DNA from: an uncultured Candidatus Saccharibacteria bacterium
GTDB taxonomy: Bacteria; Patescibacteriota; Minisyncoccia; Phycocordibacterales; SW-6-46-9
Assembly (NCBI GenBank): GCA_964452185.1
Contig: CAYVKO010000001.1
Location: 2,945 to 48,314, forward strand
Direction of reading: 5' to 3'
DNA length: 45,370 bases
Below the pieces are notes generated by a model, which had not been told where the DNA came from, did no database searches, and worked only from the letters and a program-made list of their open reading frames with translations. Positions within the stretch are counted from its first letter, which is position 1, and each line of letters opens with the position of its first letter. The position numbers and the translations under genes were made by a program. Positions 9,204 through 18,558 of the stretch are shown one piece after another.

Positions 9204-9217
9204 AGGTACACGCGGTT

Positions 9218-9249
9218 AACCCACCAACTTTCCGGTTGGTGGGTTTTTT
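9218..9249 (+). terminator. rho-independent terminator
   Basis: AACCCACCAAC-6 nt-GTTGGTGGGTT plus T run. Confidence 0.85.
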
Positions 9250-9337
9250 ATATTTAAGAGCAGACGGCTGCAGAGGTTGCGATGCTATAGTGTAACTAGA
9301 TTCGTACTCTTTTCTCTCATAGATATACATGCTTGTT

Positions 9338-9991
9338 ATGGCAAACGGTCCCGGTTTTGTCACGATATTTGCTGGTCCGATGTTTTCGGGTAAGTCAGGC
9401 AGTCTTATTACACAGGCAAATAGTGCTGTTCGAGCGAACAAGTCGGTCTTGGCGGTTAAGCCTAGCATTGACACTCGCGATAAGGCGCAGATTACTACCC
9501 GTCTTCATAATCCGGTTGATGACAGTAATACGAAACGATCTTTTGGAAATGCTCACTCAGTCAGCGAATCAGAACCGGATGAGCTTGAAGATCTGTTTGA
9601 AGATATGTCCCCGGATGTGTTTATTGCCGATGAGGTGCAGTTTTTTCATAAGTGGTTTGCCGACTTTATCTGGAAGCTGCAGTCAGAACAGTTGGCTGAA
9701 GTGTATATTGCTGGCCTGGACTTAAATGCTTGGGGTAAGCCGTTCGGTCACATACCGACTCTTTTGGCGATAGCTGACAGGGTCGAAAAGAAGCAGGCAG
9801 ACTGCTTTGTGTCAGACTGTGATAAAAAAGCTACGCGCACACAGCTGACTGATCCAACCATCGCCGAAAGCGATTCACCAATAGTTGTCGGCGGAAAAGA
9901 TACGTACCAAGCTCGATGCCGAAAATGCTGGAAGCACCCACGCAAGCTATCTCCACAACACCACACAAAGAACTCATCCCCAACTTCTTAG
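9338..9991 (+). CDS. tdk: thymidine kinase
   Basis: GPMFSGKS, IADEVQFF, AGLD and YQARCRKC motifs; start could be 9329 or 9338. Confidence 0.93.
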   Translation: MANGPGFVTIFAGPMFSGKSGSLITQANSAVRANKSVLAVKPSIDTRDKAQITTRLHNPVDDSNTKRSFGNAHSVSESEPDELEDLFEDMSPDVFIADEVQFFHKWFADFIWKLQSEQLAEVYIAGLDLNAWGKPFGHIPTLLAIADRVEKKQADCFVSDCDKKATRTQLTDPTIAESDSPIVVGGKDTYQARCRKCWKHPRKLSPQHHTKNSSPTS

Positions 9992-10003
9992 TTGGGGAAT
10001 TTT
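9977..10003 (+). terminator. probable terminator overlapping the tdk stop
   Basis: TCCCCAACT-TCTT-AGTTGGGGA followed by ATTTT. Confidence 0.6.
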
Positions 10004-10052
10004 ATTAGAACCCCTTACCGGCTAGGTTGCTTGCTATAATAAAAGTGAATAA

Positions 10053-10622
10053 GTGACCAATATATCGAATGCAACCTACTGGTGGATTGCCGGCGGCCTG
10101 ATGGTGGCTTTAGGTGTAATTCTTTACCTGATGGGTCAGCCGCTTATTTGTGAGTGCGGATATATAAAACTGTGGCATGGTGATCCAGTCAGTGCTCAAA
10201 ATTCTAAACACATTGCCGACTGGTACACTCCCAGTCATGTCATCCATGGCTTTCTTTTCTATTGGATTATTAACTGGCTAAAACCGGAGTGGCCGTTTGG
10301 ATTGAAGTTGGTGGTAGCAACGCTGCCGGAGGTGGCGTGGGAAATTTTTGAGAACACAGACATGATCATCGAATACTACCGGCAGAATACTGTGTCTGTC
10401 GAGTACCGCGGGGATTCAGCTCTCAATTCAGTGGCTGATGTGGCCGCTATGGTGGTTGGGTTTGGGTTGGCTGCCTGGCTGCCATGGCCGGTGGTACTTT
10501 TGGTGATACTGCTTCTTGAAGGGGTAACACTTGCCTTTATTCAAGATAACTTGATACTTAACATAGTTATGTTCATTTATCCGTTTGAATTTATCACAGA
10601 ATGGCAGTCAGCGGCAGGGTAG
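10053..10622 (+). CDS. DUF2585 (UPF0314) family membrane protein
   Basis: ICECGYIKLW, HIADWYTPSHVIHG, WEIFEN and YRGDSALNS motifs; TGCTATAAT promoter at 10032-10040. Confidence 0.9.
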   Translation: MTNISNATYWWIAGGLMVALGVILYLMGQPLICECGYIKLWHGDPVSAQNSKHIADWYTPSHVIHGFLFYWIINWLKPEWPFGLKLVVATLPEVAWEIFENTDMIIEYYRQNTVSVEYRGDSALNSVADVAAMVVGFGLAAWLPWPVVLLVILLLEGVTLAFIQDNLILNIVMFIYPFEFITEWQSAAG

Positions 10623-10638
10623 TGATACAATGTAGGTG

Positions 10639-11262
10639 ATGGAGGGTAGAAATGTAGCCGTACTAGCAGTTATCTTGGTTATTCTGGCGCTTGTTGGGGT
10701 TGGTATGTTTACTGACTCGAGTCAGGATAATCAAGAAAATAGTGCTACTAGCAGCCGTAATCAAGCATCAAATATGTCTGAAATATCTCTACAATCAAGC
10801 GCCTTCGAGGATGGAGGGTTCATCCCGGCACTTTATACGTGCGAAGGCGACAACATAAATCCACCACTCTCAATCGAGAATGTACCAGAGGGCACAAAGT
10901 CGTTTGTTCTGATAGCTGAAGATCCAGATATTCCCGAAGAGGTAAAAGAGAACATGGGTATTCAGGTATTTGATCACTGGGTGGCGTACAACATACCACC
11001 ATCCATGACCCAAATACCTGAAGACGAACCGGTCGGTACGCAAGGTCTTAATTCAAGTGAGGAGGCCGGCTACACTGGGCCGTGTCCGCCGGCTGCCTAC
11101 GAGCCGACTGAACACCGATACATATTCGAAGTTTCAGCAATCGACACCACACTTGACCATCTGTTGGAAGGAGCGACAAAGTCTGAAGTGCGCGACGCGA
11201 TGGAAGGGCACGTGCTCGGGCAGGCTGAGCTTGTCGGGCGATATGAAAAGCAGGAAGAATAA
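10639..11262 (+). CDS. YbhB/YbcL family (PEBP-like) protein with N-terminal membrane anchor
   Basis: YTCEG..NPPL, EDPD, HWVAYNIP, GYTGPCPP and HRYIF motifs. Confidence 0.92.
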   Translation: MEGRNVAVLAVILVILALVGVGMFTDSSQDNQENSATSSRNQASNMSEISLQSSAFEDGGFIPALYTCEGDNINPPLSIENVPEGTKSFVLIAEDPDIPEEVKENMGIQVFDHWVAYNIPPSMTQIPEDEPVGTQGLNSSEEAGYTGPCPPAAYEPTEHRYIFEVSAIDTTLDHLLEGATKSEVRDAMEGHVLGQAELVGRYEKQEE

Positions 11263-11265
11263 CGT

Positions 11266-11490
11266 ATGGAGCATATTAAAGTAACCGTATTTTCTGATGC
11301 TGACGAAGAGAATCTGGTAGAAAATGAAGGGAAGCTGCATGTCTATGTAAAGCAGAAAGCGCAAGATGGAAAAGCGAACGAGGCGGCAATACAGTTAGTG
11401 CGAGAATATAAGGAGGTTGATGGGCAAATACAGATTGTGTCCGGACATTCAAAACAGCAAAAAATTATGAAGGTTACTGACGATCAGTAA
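11266..11490 (+). CDS. DUF167 (YggU-like) protein
   Basis: DGKANEA and IVSGHSK motifs; 74 aa. Confidence 0.85.
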   Translation: MEHIKVTVFSDADEENLVENEGKLHVYVKQKAQDGKANEAAIQLVREYKEVDGQIQIVSGHSKQQKIMKVTDDQ

Positions 11491-11510
11491 CCATAACCCA
11501 ATGTTTTGTT

Positions 11511-11912
11511 ATGAATCTCAACACAAACCTGAAGACTAAAAACCTAGACGTAGATGAGGAGCTGAAAGAGTATTTGATAAAGCGAATAAAAAAATTTGAA
11601 AAGTTTATCGATGATGAAGACACATCGGCTATTGCAGACATTGAGCTTGGGCGGACTACTACCGATCAGCGCTCAGGGAAGATCTTCCGAGCTGAGATCA
11701 ACCTGAAAGTCGCTGGTGGATACTACCGAGCTGAAGAAGAGGCGGAGGCAATCCGGGATGCTATAGATGAAGTTAGCAATGAGATGACTCGTGAACTGCG
11801 AGATGCCAAAGAGAAAAAGCAAAGTCGAATCCGGGAGGGGGCCAGAAAGATGAAAGAGATGCTCAGAGGATGGTATAGTGGAGAAGATAATCAGAATGGT
11901 AACTCTACCTAA
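11511..11912 (+). CDS. hpf: ribosome hibernation factor (HPF/RaiA)
   Basis: N-terminal KNLDVDEELKEY..KRIKK; AEINL; AIRDAID pattern. Confidence 0.88.
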   Translation: MNLNTNLKTKNLDVDEELKEYLIKRIKKFEKFIDDEDTSAIADIELGRTTTDQRSGKIFRAEINLKVAGGYYRAEEEAEAIRDAIDEVSNEMTRELRDAKEKKQSRIREGARKMKEMLRGWYSGEDNQNGNST

Positions 11913-11923
11913 CGCTATTTACT

Positions 11924-12091
11924 ATGCGAACAAGCAGTAACTCTTCTGACCCAAAAATTTTACAAAGAATAGCCTTGATAGCACTTGTCGTGTTTGTGGG
12001 GGTAATTACGTATGCAATACACAAGACAAGCGAAACGGTTGCACAGGTTGAGGCTGACCACTATGAAATATCAGAAGAAGTAGAGGAGTAA
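11924..12091 (+). CDS. 55-aa single-pass membrane protein (not in the ORF track)
   Basis: MRTSSNSSDPKILQRIALIALVVFVGVITYAIHKTSETVAQVEADHYEISEEVEE; fills the hpf-fmt gap; one TM helix and an acidic tail. Confidence 0.65.
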   Translation: MRTSSNSSDPKILQRIALIALVVFVGVITYAIHKTSETVAQVEADHYEISEEVEE

Positions 12092-12095
12092 AGGA

Positions 12096-12968
12096 CTAAC
12101 CAGCAAAGTTTTCCTGGAACTGCTGGTAATCCATCTTTTCTTTTCCGGCGGGCTTGACTGTATCAATTACAAGCTCGCCGGCTTCTTTATGAGCGGCTGT
12201 TATTAGTACGCGCACTTTTTCACTGTCTTTATTCGTAAAAAAGTGGGCTTTCGGCCAGTTTGTGAATGCTCGTATCTTGCGGAGATTCTCATCCGGATCA
12301 TCTTCCAGGTCAATTTCTCCGTCATCTGATGAGAATTTCTCGATGTAGGTAGCTTTGTCGTGATCTTGCGGTGTAGCGGTGATATCGTCGTTTACCCACT
12401 TGGGGAGTGTATCAGCTAGAAGGCGACCGCCGGTTTTAGTAAGTGTTTCTTTAAGATCCGGGTATTGTGGTGGCCATGTATTCGTTTCAACTTCTTTTTG
12501 GGCAACGATCGGGCCGTGATCCATCTTCTCATCAAGCTCGATGATGGTAACACCGGCTTTGTCTTCATTGAGAATAGTGCCGCGGATTGGAGCTGCACCA
12601 CGCACCTTCGGAAGCAGGGATGGGTGGACATTAAGCGTATTATGCTCAGGTAGGTAAATAAGCTCGGGCGGGAGAATCTGTCCGTAAGCGATAACTACAA
12701 ATACCGGCCAGCCATTCTCAGGAGATTTTTCTTTGAGCGTGTCAATGAATTCATTATTAATAGATTCTGGTTGCAGGGTTTCGATATCTCGCTTGTGTGC
12801 CCATTTAGCTACTGGCGGTGGAGAGAGTTCTTGGCCGCGGCCGGATTTTCTGTCCGGGGCAGTGACCACTAAGGAAGGAAGAAGGTCAGCTTCCTCAAGC
12901 TTATCCAGAATATCCACCGAAAACTTTGGTGTGCCAAAAAAGGCGAATTGTATATCTTTGTTGTCCAT
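12096..12968 (-). CDS. fmt: methionyl-tRNA formyltransferase
   Basis: FFGTPKF, NVHPSLLP..RGAAPI and MDHGPI motifs. Confidence 0.96.
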   Translation of the reverse strand: MDNKDIQFAFFGTPKFSVDILDKLEEADLLPSLVVTAPDRKSGRGQELSPPPVAKWAHKRDIETLQPESINNEFIDTLKEKSPENGWPVFVVIAYGQILPPELIYLPEHNTLNVHPSLLPKVRGAAPIRGTILNEDKAGVTIIELDEKMDHGPIVAQKEVETNTWPPQYPDLKETLTKTGGRLLADTLPKWVNDDITATPQDHDKATYIEKFSSDDGEIDLEDDPDENLRKIRAFTNWPKAHFFTNKDSEKVRVLITAAHKEAGELVIDTVKPAGKEKMDYQQFQENFAG

Positions 12969-12984
12969 GTTGAAGATACAAGAA

Positions 12985-13509
12985 TTATTCTTCCGTGCGG
13001 CGTCGAGTGTCGGGGTCTATCTGACGCAAATCATTAGCCTTGTCGACGAAAAGCTTGCCGTCTAAGTGTTCAATCTCGTGTTGGAAGATTTGTGCGAGGA
13101 GTCCGCTGGCACCCATCTCGAATGTTTTGCCTGATTCATCCTGCGCCCTGACTGTGGCTTTCTCGGATCGTTCTACCTTGCCGTACACGTGGCGTACTGA
13201 AAGGCAGCCCTCGTCAATCGTGTGGGTACTCTTGGACGTGTTTACAAGCTCCGGATTAATAAAGGCTTTGTCTTCGTTGGGTACATCACCACGATCTTCA
13301 AATGCCATGTCACGCACGACGAATATGCGTACTGGTTCTCCAATCTGTGGGGCGGCAATAGCTACGCCGTCATCCGTATCAGCAAGTGCTGCCTTCATGT
13401 TGGATATTATTTTTTTGATTTTCGGGCTGTCGATAGCTTCGTCATCTACCGGCTGCGCTTTCTTTCGTAAGACTGGATCACCTTTTTGGACTATGTCTGT
13501 TTCGTTCAT
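12985..13509 (-). CDS. def: peptide deformylase
   Basis: GVAIAAPQIG, EGCLS and QHEIEHLDG motifs. Confidence 0.97.
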   Translation of the reverse strand: MNETDIVQKGDPVLRKKAQPVDDEAIDSPKIKKIISNMKAALADTDDGVAIAAPQIGEPVRIFVVRDMAFEDRGDVPNEDKAFINPELVNTSKSTHTIDEGCLSVRHVYGKVERSEKATVRAQDESGKTFEMGASGLLAQIFQHEIEHLDGKLFVDKANDLRQIDPDTRRRTEE

Positions 13510-13542
13510 ATGTACGTACTATTGTAGTATACAAATAAATTT

Positions 13543-15429
13543 CTAAAGCAAACTTTGCGGATGAGTGTCAATGGCTACAGCTGGCGGCAAGGAGCGGAGT
13601 TTTTTCGTGACGGTGTCACTTGGCCACTCATCATTATCGAAGGTCAAGAGTGCGTGAGCGACATACTTACTGTTGGACTGGCCAGGATATATCCGCGGAT
13701 CGTACTCATCGAATACTTTGCTGATTTTGCTCATGGTTTTTTTCACTCTGTTTTCTTTACCGCGAACGGTCAGCTTAAGCAGGTGAGAGAATGGCGGGTA
13801 GTTGAACCGCTCTCTTTCTTCTATCTGCCGGCGATAAAAGGAGGTAACATCGCCGGACAGACTGTCTTCAAAAAGATCGGTTTCTTCGTTGCGGGTCTGA
13901 ATGCAGAATTGGTTTTTAGTCTGCTCTCGGATCAAAAGTAGCAAGCGAAACAACTTATGCGAGATATGCAGGTCGGGCACGGCCATAATCGAGTCTGCAG
14001 TGATGATGGCGCTGGAATCTACTTTATCCTCAAGTTGGTCAAAGTAGTTTACTCCAAGTTCAGTAGTAAGCAGCACAGCCGAATCTTTTTTGTTGAAGTT
14101 TTCGTACGCTTTCTTGACCTTGGCGGGCGAGTCTGTGGTCGTGCCGTCAATCTGGATAGCCGGCAGGTTTGGTAGCTCTTCTTTGAGAATGTTGGCAATA
14201 AAATCAATACCGATGCCTAGGGCGGTAAGACGCCACCCGCCACAGTTATCACACCGGCGGGCTGAAGTCTCTATATTATCGCAGGTGCGGCAAGTGTACT
14301 TGCGAGTTCCGTCATCGTCTTCTGTCAGTACAAGAGGGTAGTTGCAGTTGTTGCATTGGACAATCTCGCCGCAATCGTTACAGACAGTGAAGGGGCGCCG
14401 ACCGCGTCTAGCGACAAAAAATAGTATTTTTTTATTTTCCTGTAAAGCATCCCGAAGTATCTGTGCAACAGGTGGGCTGAAGACTCTGACGCCGGAGGTT
14501 TGAGTATCCGGGAGTGACTTCATATCGACAAGCTCTCCGTCCGGCCCGTTGGTATAGCGAAACTGTGGAGAGTGCTCGGATCCGAGTTCGTCGTTGCGGT
14601 ACTCGTACAGTGTTTCGGTCTGCAGGACTTTGTCCGTAAGCGTACAGTCACGCTTGATGTGGTTTGCCAGATGACGGGCGAACAGGCGTTTATCAAGATA
14701 TGGACGGCTGTTCATCTTATAGCTGGTATCACCTTCTTCCAGTACGATGATCTGGCCGATGTCTTCTCGTGGTAAAGAAAGGAACGGCACGGTGCCAAGC
14801 AAGACAGTCGGCTGGTCGTCTGCCAGTGCCTGCTTCCAGTTGTCCCGGATCTGCTTGCTGGTGAGGTCGCTGTGAAAAGTGTAGACGGAAGCTTGGCCGG
14901 AAAGTTTGTTTTTAACTTCCGCAATTTTTCTGGTGGTTGGGGCGCACAAGAACACAGAAGCACCATCTTTGATTTCTGACTGTACGAGAGAATTTATGTA
15001 CTGATACCGCTTATCTTTAGAGGCTTGAATAACGTTAGCTTTCGGGGCACTGATATCCGGAATGAATATGTCAGACGATACAGAAGGGAGCTTGCTGCTG
15101 TTTTTGGTTATCGGAGCAGGTGTTAAGGCATGCAAAGCGGCACCGGTGGTAACGCCGCTAAAGCGAGCGAACGACTGTACAGCCTCAATAAAGCGAGCGA
15201 AGAATATCTGATTCCCGACTGAGTTAACTCGCTTTATCTCATAATCGGCGTCTTTCAGGACGGACTTGTACGATTTGGCTGGTGCGGTATTAATGACTAT
15301 CGCCGTGACTTCACGAGACCGAAGTGGTACAGATACGATGGTTCCGCGCATGATATCAGAGGAGGTGAAGTAGGTAAGGCGCTCTGCCCGTACCCCTTTC
15401 GTGAGTGGAAATACTTCAATGATATGCAT
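13543..15429 (-). CDS. priA: primosomal protein N' (PriA), helicase motifs degenerate
   Basis: N-terminal LTY..G.IV.VPL 3'-binding domain; RRG plus four CxxC pairs; ERERFNYPPF C-terminus; Walker A and DExH absent. Confidence 0.88.
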   Translation of the reverse strand: MHIIEVFPLTKGVRAERLTYFTSSDIMRGTIVSVPLRSREVTAIVINTAPAKSYKSVLKDADYEIKRVNSVGNQIFFARFIEAVQSFARFSGVTTGAALHALTPAPITKNSSKLPSVSSDIFIPDISAPKANVIQASKDKRYQYINSLVQSEIKDGASVFLCAPTTRKIAEVKNKLSGQASVYTFHSDLTSKQIRDNWKQALADDQPTVLLGTVPFLSLPREDIGQIIVLEEGDTSYKMNSRPYLDKRLFARHLANHIKRDCTLTDKVLQTETLYEYRNDELGSEHSPQFRYTNGPDGELVDMKSLPDTQTSGVRVFSPPVAQILRDALQENKKILFFVARRGRRPFTVCNDCGEIVQCNNCNYPLVLTEDDDGTRKYTCRTCDNIETSARRCDNCGGWRLTALGIGIDFIANILKEELPNLPAIQIDGTTTDSPAKVKKAYENFNKKDSAVLLTTELGVNYFDQLEDKVDSSAIITADSIMAVPDLHISHKLFRLLLLIREQTKNQFCIQTRNEETDLFEDSLSGDVTSFYRRQIEERERFNYPPFSHLLKLTVRGKENRVKKTMSKISKVFDEYDPRIYPGQSNSKYVAHALLTFDNDEWPSDTVTKKLRSLPPAVAIDTHPQSLL

Positions 15430-15452
15430 GACGGCTTGATTTAGTTGTCAGT

Positions 15453-16232
15453 TTACAACTCCGTGGCTGTTATACCGTTTGCTGTTTGCACTAGTGCAGT
15501 GTTTGACTGCAGTGTGAAGACCGGATTTTGAACTCCTCGTGCAACTGGTTGGAAGTTCTGTGTGCTGCCGGTTGGGTCAATTTCGATAGCGAAGACGCCG
15601 ACTCCGGTTGCGAAGATGATCGCATTATCTTGATTTGGGTAAAACTCGACTTGTGTTACCGGTGTTTCGGCGTTGTAAACACTGACACCACATGTGCCTT
15701 CGTGACAGTTAAAGTAGTCCGGTGCTGAAGACGGGTCTTGTGTCCACTGGGCGATGATGTTGGTATCGTTGTTAACAAAAACCCGAATATTCTCGTCGTC
15801 GGAAAGTATCGGAGAGCTGGACGCTGCTACCGGTGCATTTTCTGCTTCTGTTAGTGACTGGGTAAGTTCATCCGGCATTTGAGATACTCGTTGACTGGAT
15901 CGAGAAACCAAGAATGGTGCGAGCTCGACAGTTTCACCGTCAGTAATCTCTACATCCTCTTTCCAGGGCCAGTATCCGTCGGAGGCTACCAGTATTTCGT
16001 GTTCACCGTTTCCAACTTCATATGTGGCCGAGCTAGAGGTAGATTGCAGCGGATCTTCACTATTTTTGTCAACAAAGACGTTCGCCGGAACATTATTCGG
16101 CGGATTTATCTCAACAGCTCCTGTTTGGTTTGAACGTACGAAGAATAAAGCTAATAAAACAATGACGATTGCACCGCCAATCCATAAAAGTCGTTTTTGT
16201 AGGTTGCTTGATTGATCTGATTTAAATGTCAT
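15453..16232 (-). CDS. membrane-anchored protein with PEGA-like beta domain
   Basis: TM helix, then VFVD...GEHEILVASDGYWPW..V.I pattern; ATG 16232 preferred. Confidence 0.75.
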   Translation of the reverse strand: MTFKSDQSSNLQKRLLWIGGAIVIVLLALFFVRSNQTGAVEINPPNNVPANVFVDKNSEDPLQSTSSSATYEVGNGEHEILVASDGYWPWKEDVEITDGETVELAPFLVSRSSQRVSQMPDELTQSLTEAENAPVAASSSPILSDDENIRVFVNNDTNIIAQWTQDPSSAPDYFNCHEGTCGVSVYNAETPVTQVEFYPNQDNAIIFATGVGVFAIEIDPTGSTQNFQPVARGVQNPVFTLQSNTALVQTANGITATEL

Positions 16233-16307
16233 TTGCTCTATAGTGACAAAAAAAGAAAGCAATTTCAAGTAGTTGCTGACTACACAAGTGAGCGGTACCA
16301 TGAAGGT

Positions 16308-17324
16308 ATGAGTGTAGTGCCACAAGTAGCAATAGATATGGGTTCTTATTGTACTCGAGCCATGCGTTCTGGAAACCAGGAGGTTTTTGCAAATCCTTCT
16401 GTGGTGGAACGAGAGGTTGTATCTAATGAGGTTACGGCAATTGGTTCGGAAGTGCAGGTAGGCTCCGGGCAGAGCCGCAAAAAGGTGTATCCGGTACAGC
16501 GCGGGGTTTTGGCAGATTACGAAGGTGGGAAAGAACTTTCACGCTTTGCGCTTTCGCAAGTGTTGCCGTGGTGGAATGTATTTCGACCTAATGTGGTGTT
16601 GGCTCGCAGCCTGAAAGCCAGTTCAGCTGTTGTTAGGCAGACGGGGGAGGCCGTGCAGTCTGTAGGGACTCGAAAAGTTTATATGGCGAGCGTCCCGGCT
16701 CTGGCAGCTTTGGGGGTCGGAATTAGTCCAACGGATCCGTCCGGTCGGTGTGTGGTTGATATTGGAGCCGGTACGACAGAGGCGGCTATTATTTCTAGCG
16801 GGGCAGTGGTGGTTGGTGAGTCGAAATCTGTAGGCGGTAAAGATATAACTGAAGCGTTAGCTGATTATGTGCATGATCAATATGGGCTAACCACAGAAGC
16901 AAAAGCGGTTGATTCGCTTAAACACGAAGTGGGTAGTGCGCTTGAAAGAGACAAAGAAGATGCTTATGAGCTACACGGTCACGATGTGAAGACAGGAGAG
17001 CCGTCCACGGTAGAGGTTACGACTAACGAAGTAGCTCAAGCAATTCAGTCGCCTTTAGATAAGATGGCTGACACAATTACCGATGTGCTTAAGAAGACAC
17101 CTGTAAAGCTTTTGGCAGATGTAACAAAGCAAGATGTTTTGCTTACGGGTGGAACAGCTCAGCTTGAAAATATTGATACACATATCGGACGATCAATAGG
17201 TTTGTCGACCAGTGTGGCTAACAATCCGCAAACTGCTGCGGTGCGCGGCGGGCAGGAGGCGCTCTCATTTGTGGATGTGTATCAGCAGTATGTGCCGCAT
17301 CATAAAATAAACAAAACGCTATGA
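16308..17324 (+). CDS. divergent MreB/Mbl-family actin homologue
   Basis: AIDMGS, PSVV, YPVQRGVLADY, VDIGAGTTE and LTGG motifs; ATG 16308 preferred. Confidence 0.85.
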   Translation: MSVVPQVAIDMGSYCTRAMRSGNQEVFANPSVVEREVVSNEVTAIGSEVQVGSGQSRKKVYPVQRGVLADYEGGKELSRFALSQVLPWWNVFRPNVVLARSLKASSAVVRQTGEAVQSVGTRKVYMASVPALAALGVGISPTDPSGRCVVDIGAGTTEAAIISSGAVVVGESKSVGGKDITEALADYVHDQYGLTTEAKAVDSLKHEVGSALERDKEDAYELHGHDVKTGEPSTVEVTTNEVAQAIQSPLDKMADTITDVLKKTPVKLLADVTKQDVLLTGGTAQLENIDTHIGRSIGLSTSVANNPQTAAVRGGQEALSFVDVYQQYVPHHKINKTL

Positions 17325-17971
17325 TCGAACATCCGTTACATCACGCGTACTTAGCAACTGGTAAACCCACAAAGGGCATTCCTCAGCTAGTTGAGGTTTT
17401 AAAAGAAATACATCAAGACACTGATCGGTCGTTGTTGATTGACAAAGAGGTGACTGAAACCCTGAAAATAGACGTGGCACGCGAACTGAGTTCTCGAGGG
17501 CGTCAGAAGTCATCCGGGGAAGCGCGGTGTATCATTCGAGGGTTTGATCAAATTACAAAGCCGGCACAGAATGCACTTTTGAAGATTATTGAGGAACCGG
17601 CAGAAGGCGTGCACTTTTTTCTAGTAACTGCATATCCGGATCACTTGCTAGAAACTATACATTCACGAGTTGAGCGGATAGAAGTAGGGGGGCAGGAAAG
17701 TAGTGAGGAGAATATCACCAAACTGGTGGAAGAGTTCGTGGCGGCAGAAGGTGTGGCTGACCGCCTGGCGGTGGTGGATGAAATTTCAGAGCGGCCACAG
17801 TTGCGGCGATTTGTTCATGATTTAGCTAAACACTCTTTTGCTCGTAAGCATCCACGGTTCGGGAACGTGGTTGAAAAAGTTGTTGACTTCTCAAAAGATT
17901 CGGGTGCGTCTGTAAAACAACTAAAGCAATTTTTGGCGATATCAGCGAGTCGGTCGTCTACTTCGGAATAG
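17321..17971 (+). CDS. holB: DNA polymerase III delta'-like clamp-loader subunit (short)
   Basis: HHAYL, AQNALLKIIEEP and LLETIHSR motifs. Confidence 0.8.
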   Translation: MIEHPLHHAYLATGKPTKGIPQLVEVLKEIHQDTDRSLLIDKEVTETLKIDVARELSSRGRQKSSGEARCIIRGFDQITKPAQNALLKIIEEPAEGVHFFLVTAYPDHLLETIHSRVERIEVGGQESSEENITKLVEEFVAAEGVADRLAVVDEISERPQLRRFVHDLAKHSFARKHPRFGNVVEKVVDFSKDSGASVKQLKQFLAISASRSSTSE

Positions 17972-17988
17972 TTTGCTATTATAAAGAT

Positions 17989-18540
17989 ATGAGTTACGAT
18001 TTTTCATCACTAGATACAAAAATAGACGAAATTAAAACCTGGCTGGAAAATGAGCTGGGGAAAATTCGAACTGGTCGAGCCTCGGCTTCGGTGCTTAGTG
18101 ACGTGACCGTCGAATCGTACGGAACGCAAACTCCACTTGATCAGCTGGCTAGTATCGGTAATGAAGGACCGCGTACTTTGCGGGTAAATGTATATGACAA
18201 GTCGCAGATTGAAGATGTAGAGAAAGCCATCCTGAAAGAGGATCTGGGGGTTACTGTTTCTAAGGACGAAGAAGGAGTTCGGTTGTCGTTTCCAAAGTTG
18301 ACCGAAGAGAATCGTGAGAAAGCTCTAAAACGAGCGAAAGAAAAGCTTGAAGAGGCGCGTATATCTTTACGTCAAGAACGGGAAGAGATTTGGAGTGATA
18401 TCCAAGAGAAAGAATCTGAAGGCGAGATAACTGAAGACGAAAAGTTTCGCCTTAAAGATACACTCGAAGAGAAGGTGGGGGATGCGAAGCAGGATTTTGA
18501 AGACCTGCTTTCTCAAAAGGAAGAAGACCTCTCCTTGTAG
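17989..18540 (+). CDS. frr: ribosome recycling factor
   Basis: IRTGRAS, VESYG..TPL, P.LTEENR and ARISLR motifs. Confidence 0.96.
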   Translation: MSYDFSSLDTKIDEIKTWLENELGKIRTGRASASVLSDVTVESYGTQTPLDQLASIGNEGPRTLRVNVYDKSQIEDVEKAILKEDLGVTVSKDEEGVRLSFPKLTEENREKALKRAKEKLEEARISLRQEREEIWSDIQEKESEGEITEDEKFRLKDTLEEKVGDAKQDFEDLLSQKEEDLSL

Positions 18541-18558
18541 TAGTAAATTTAGCCAGTC

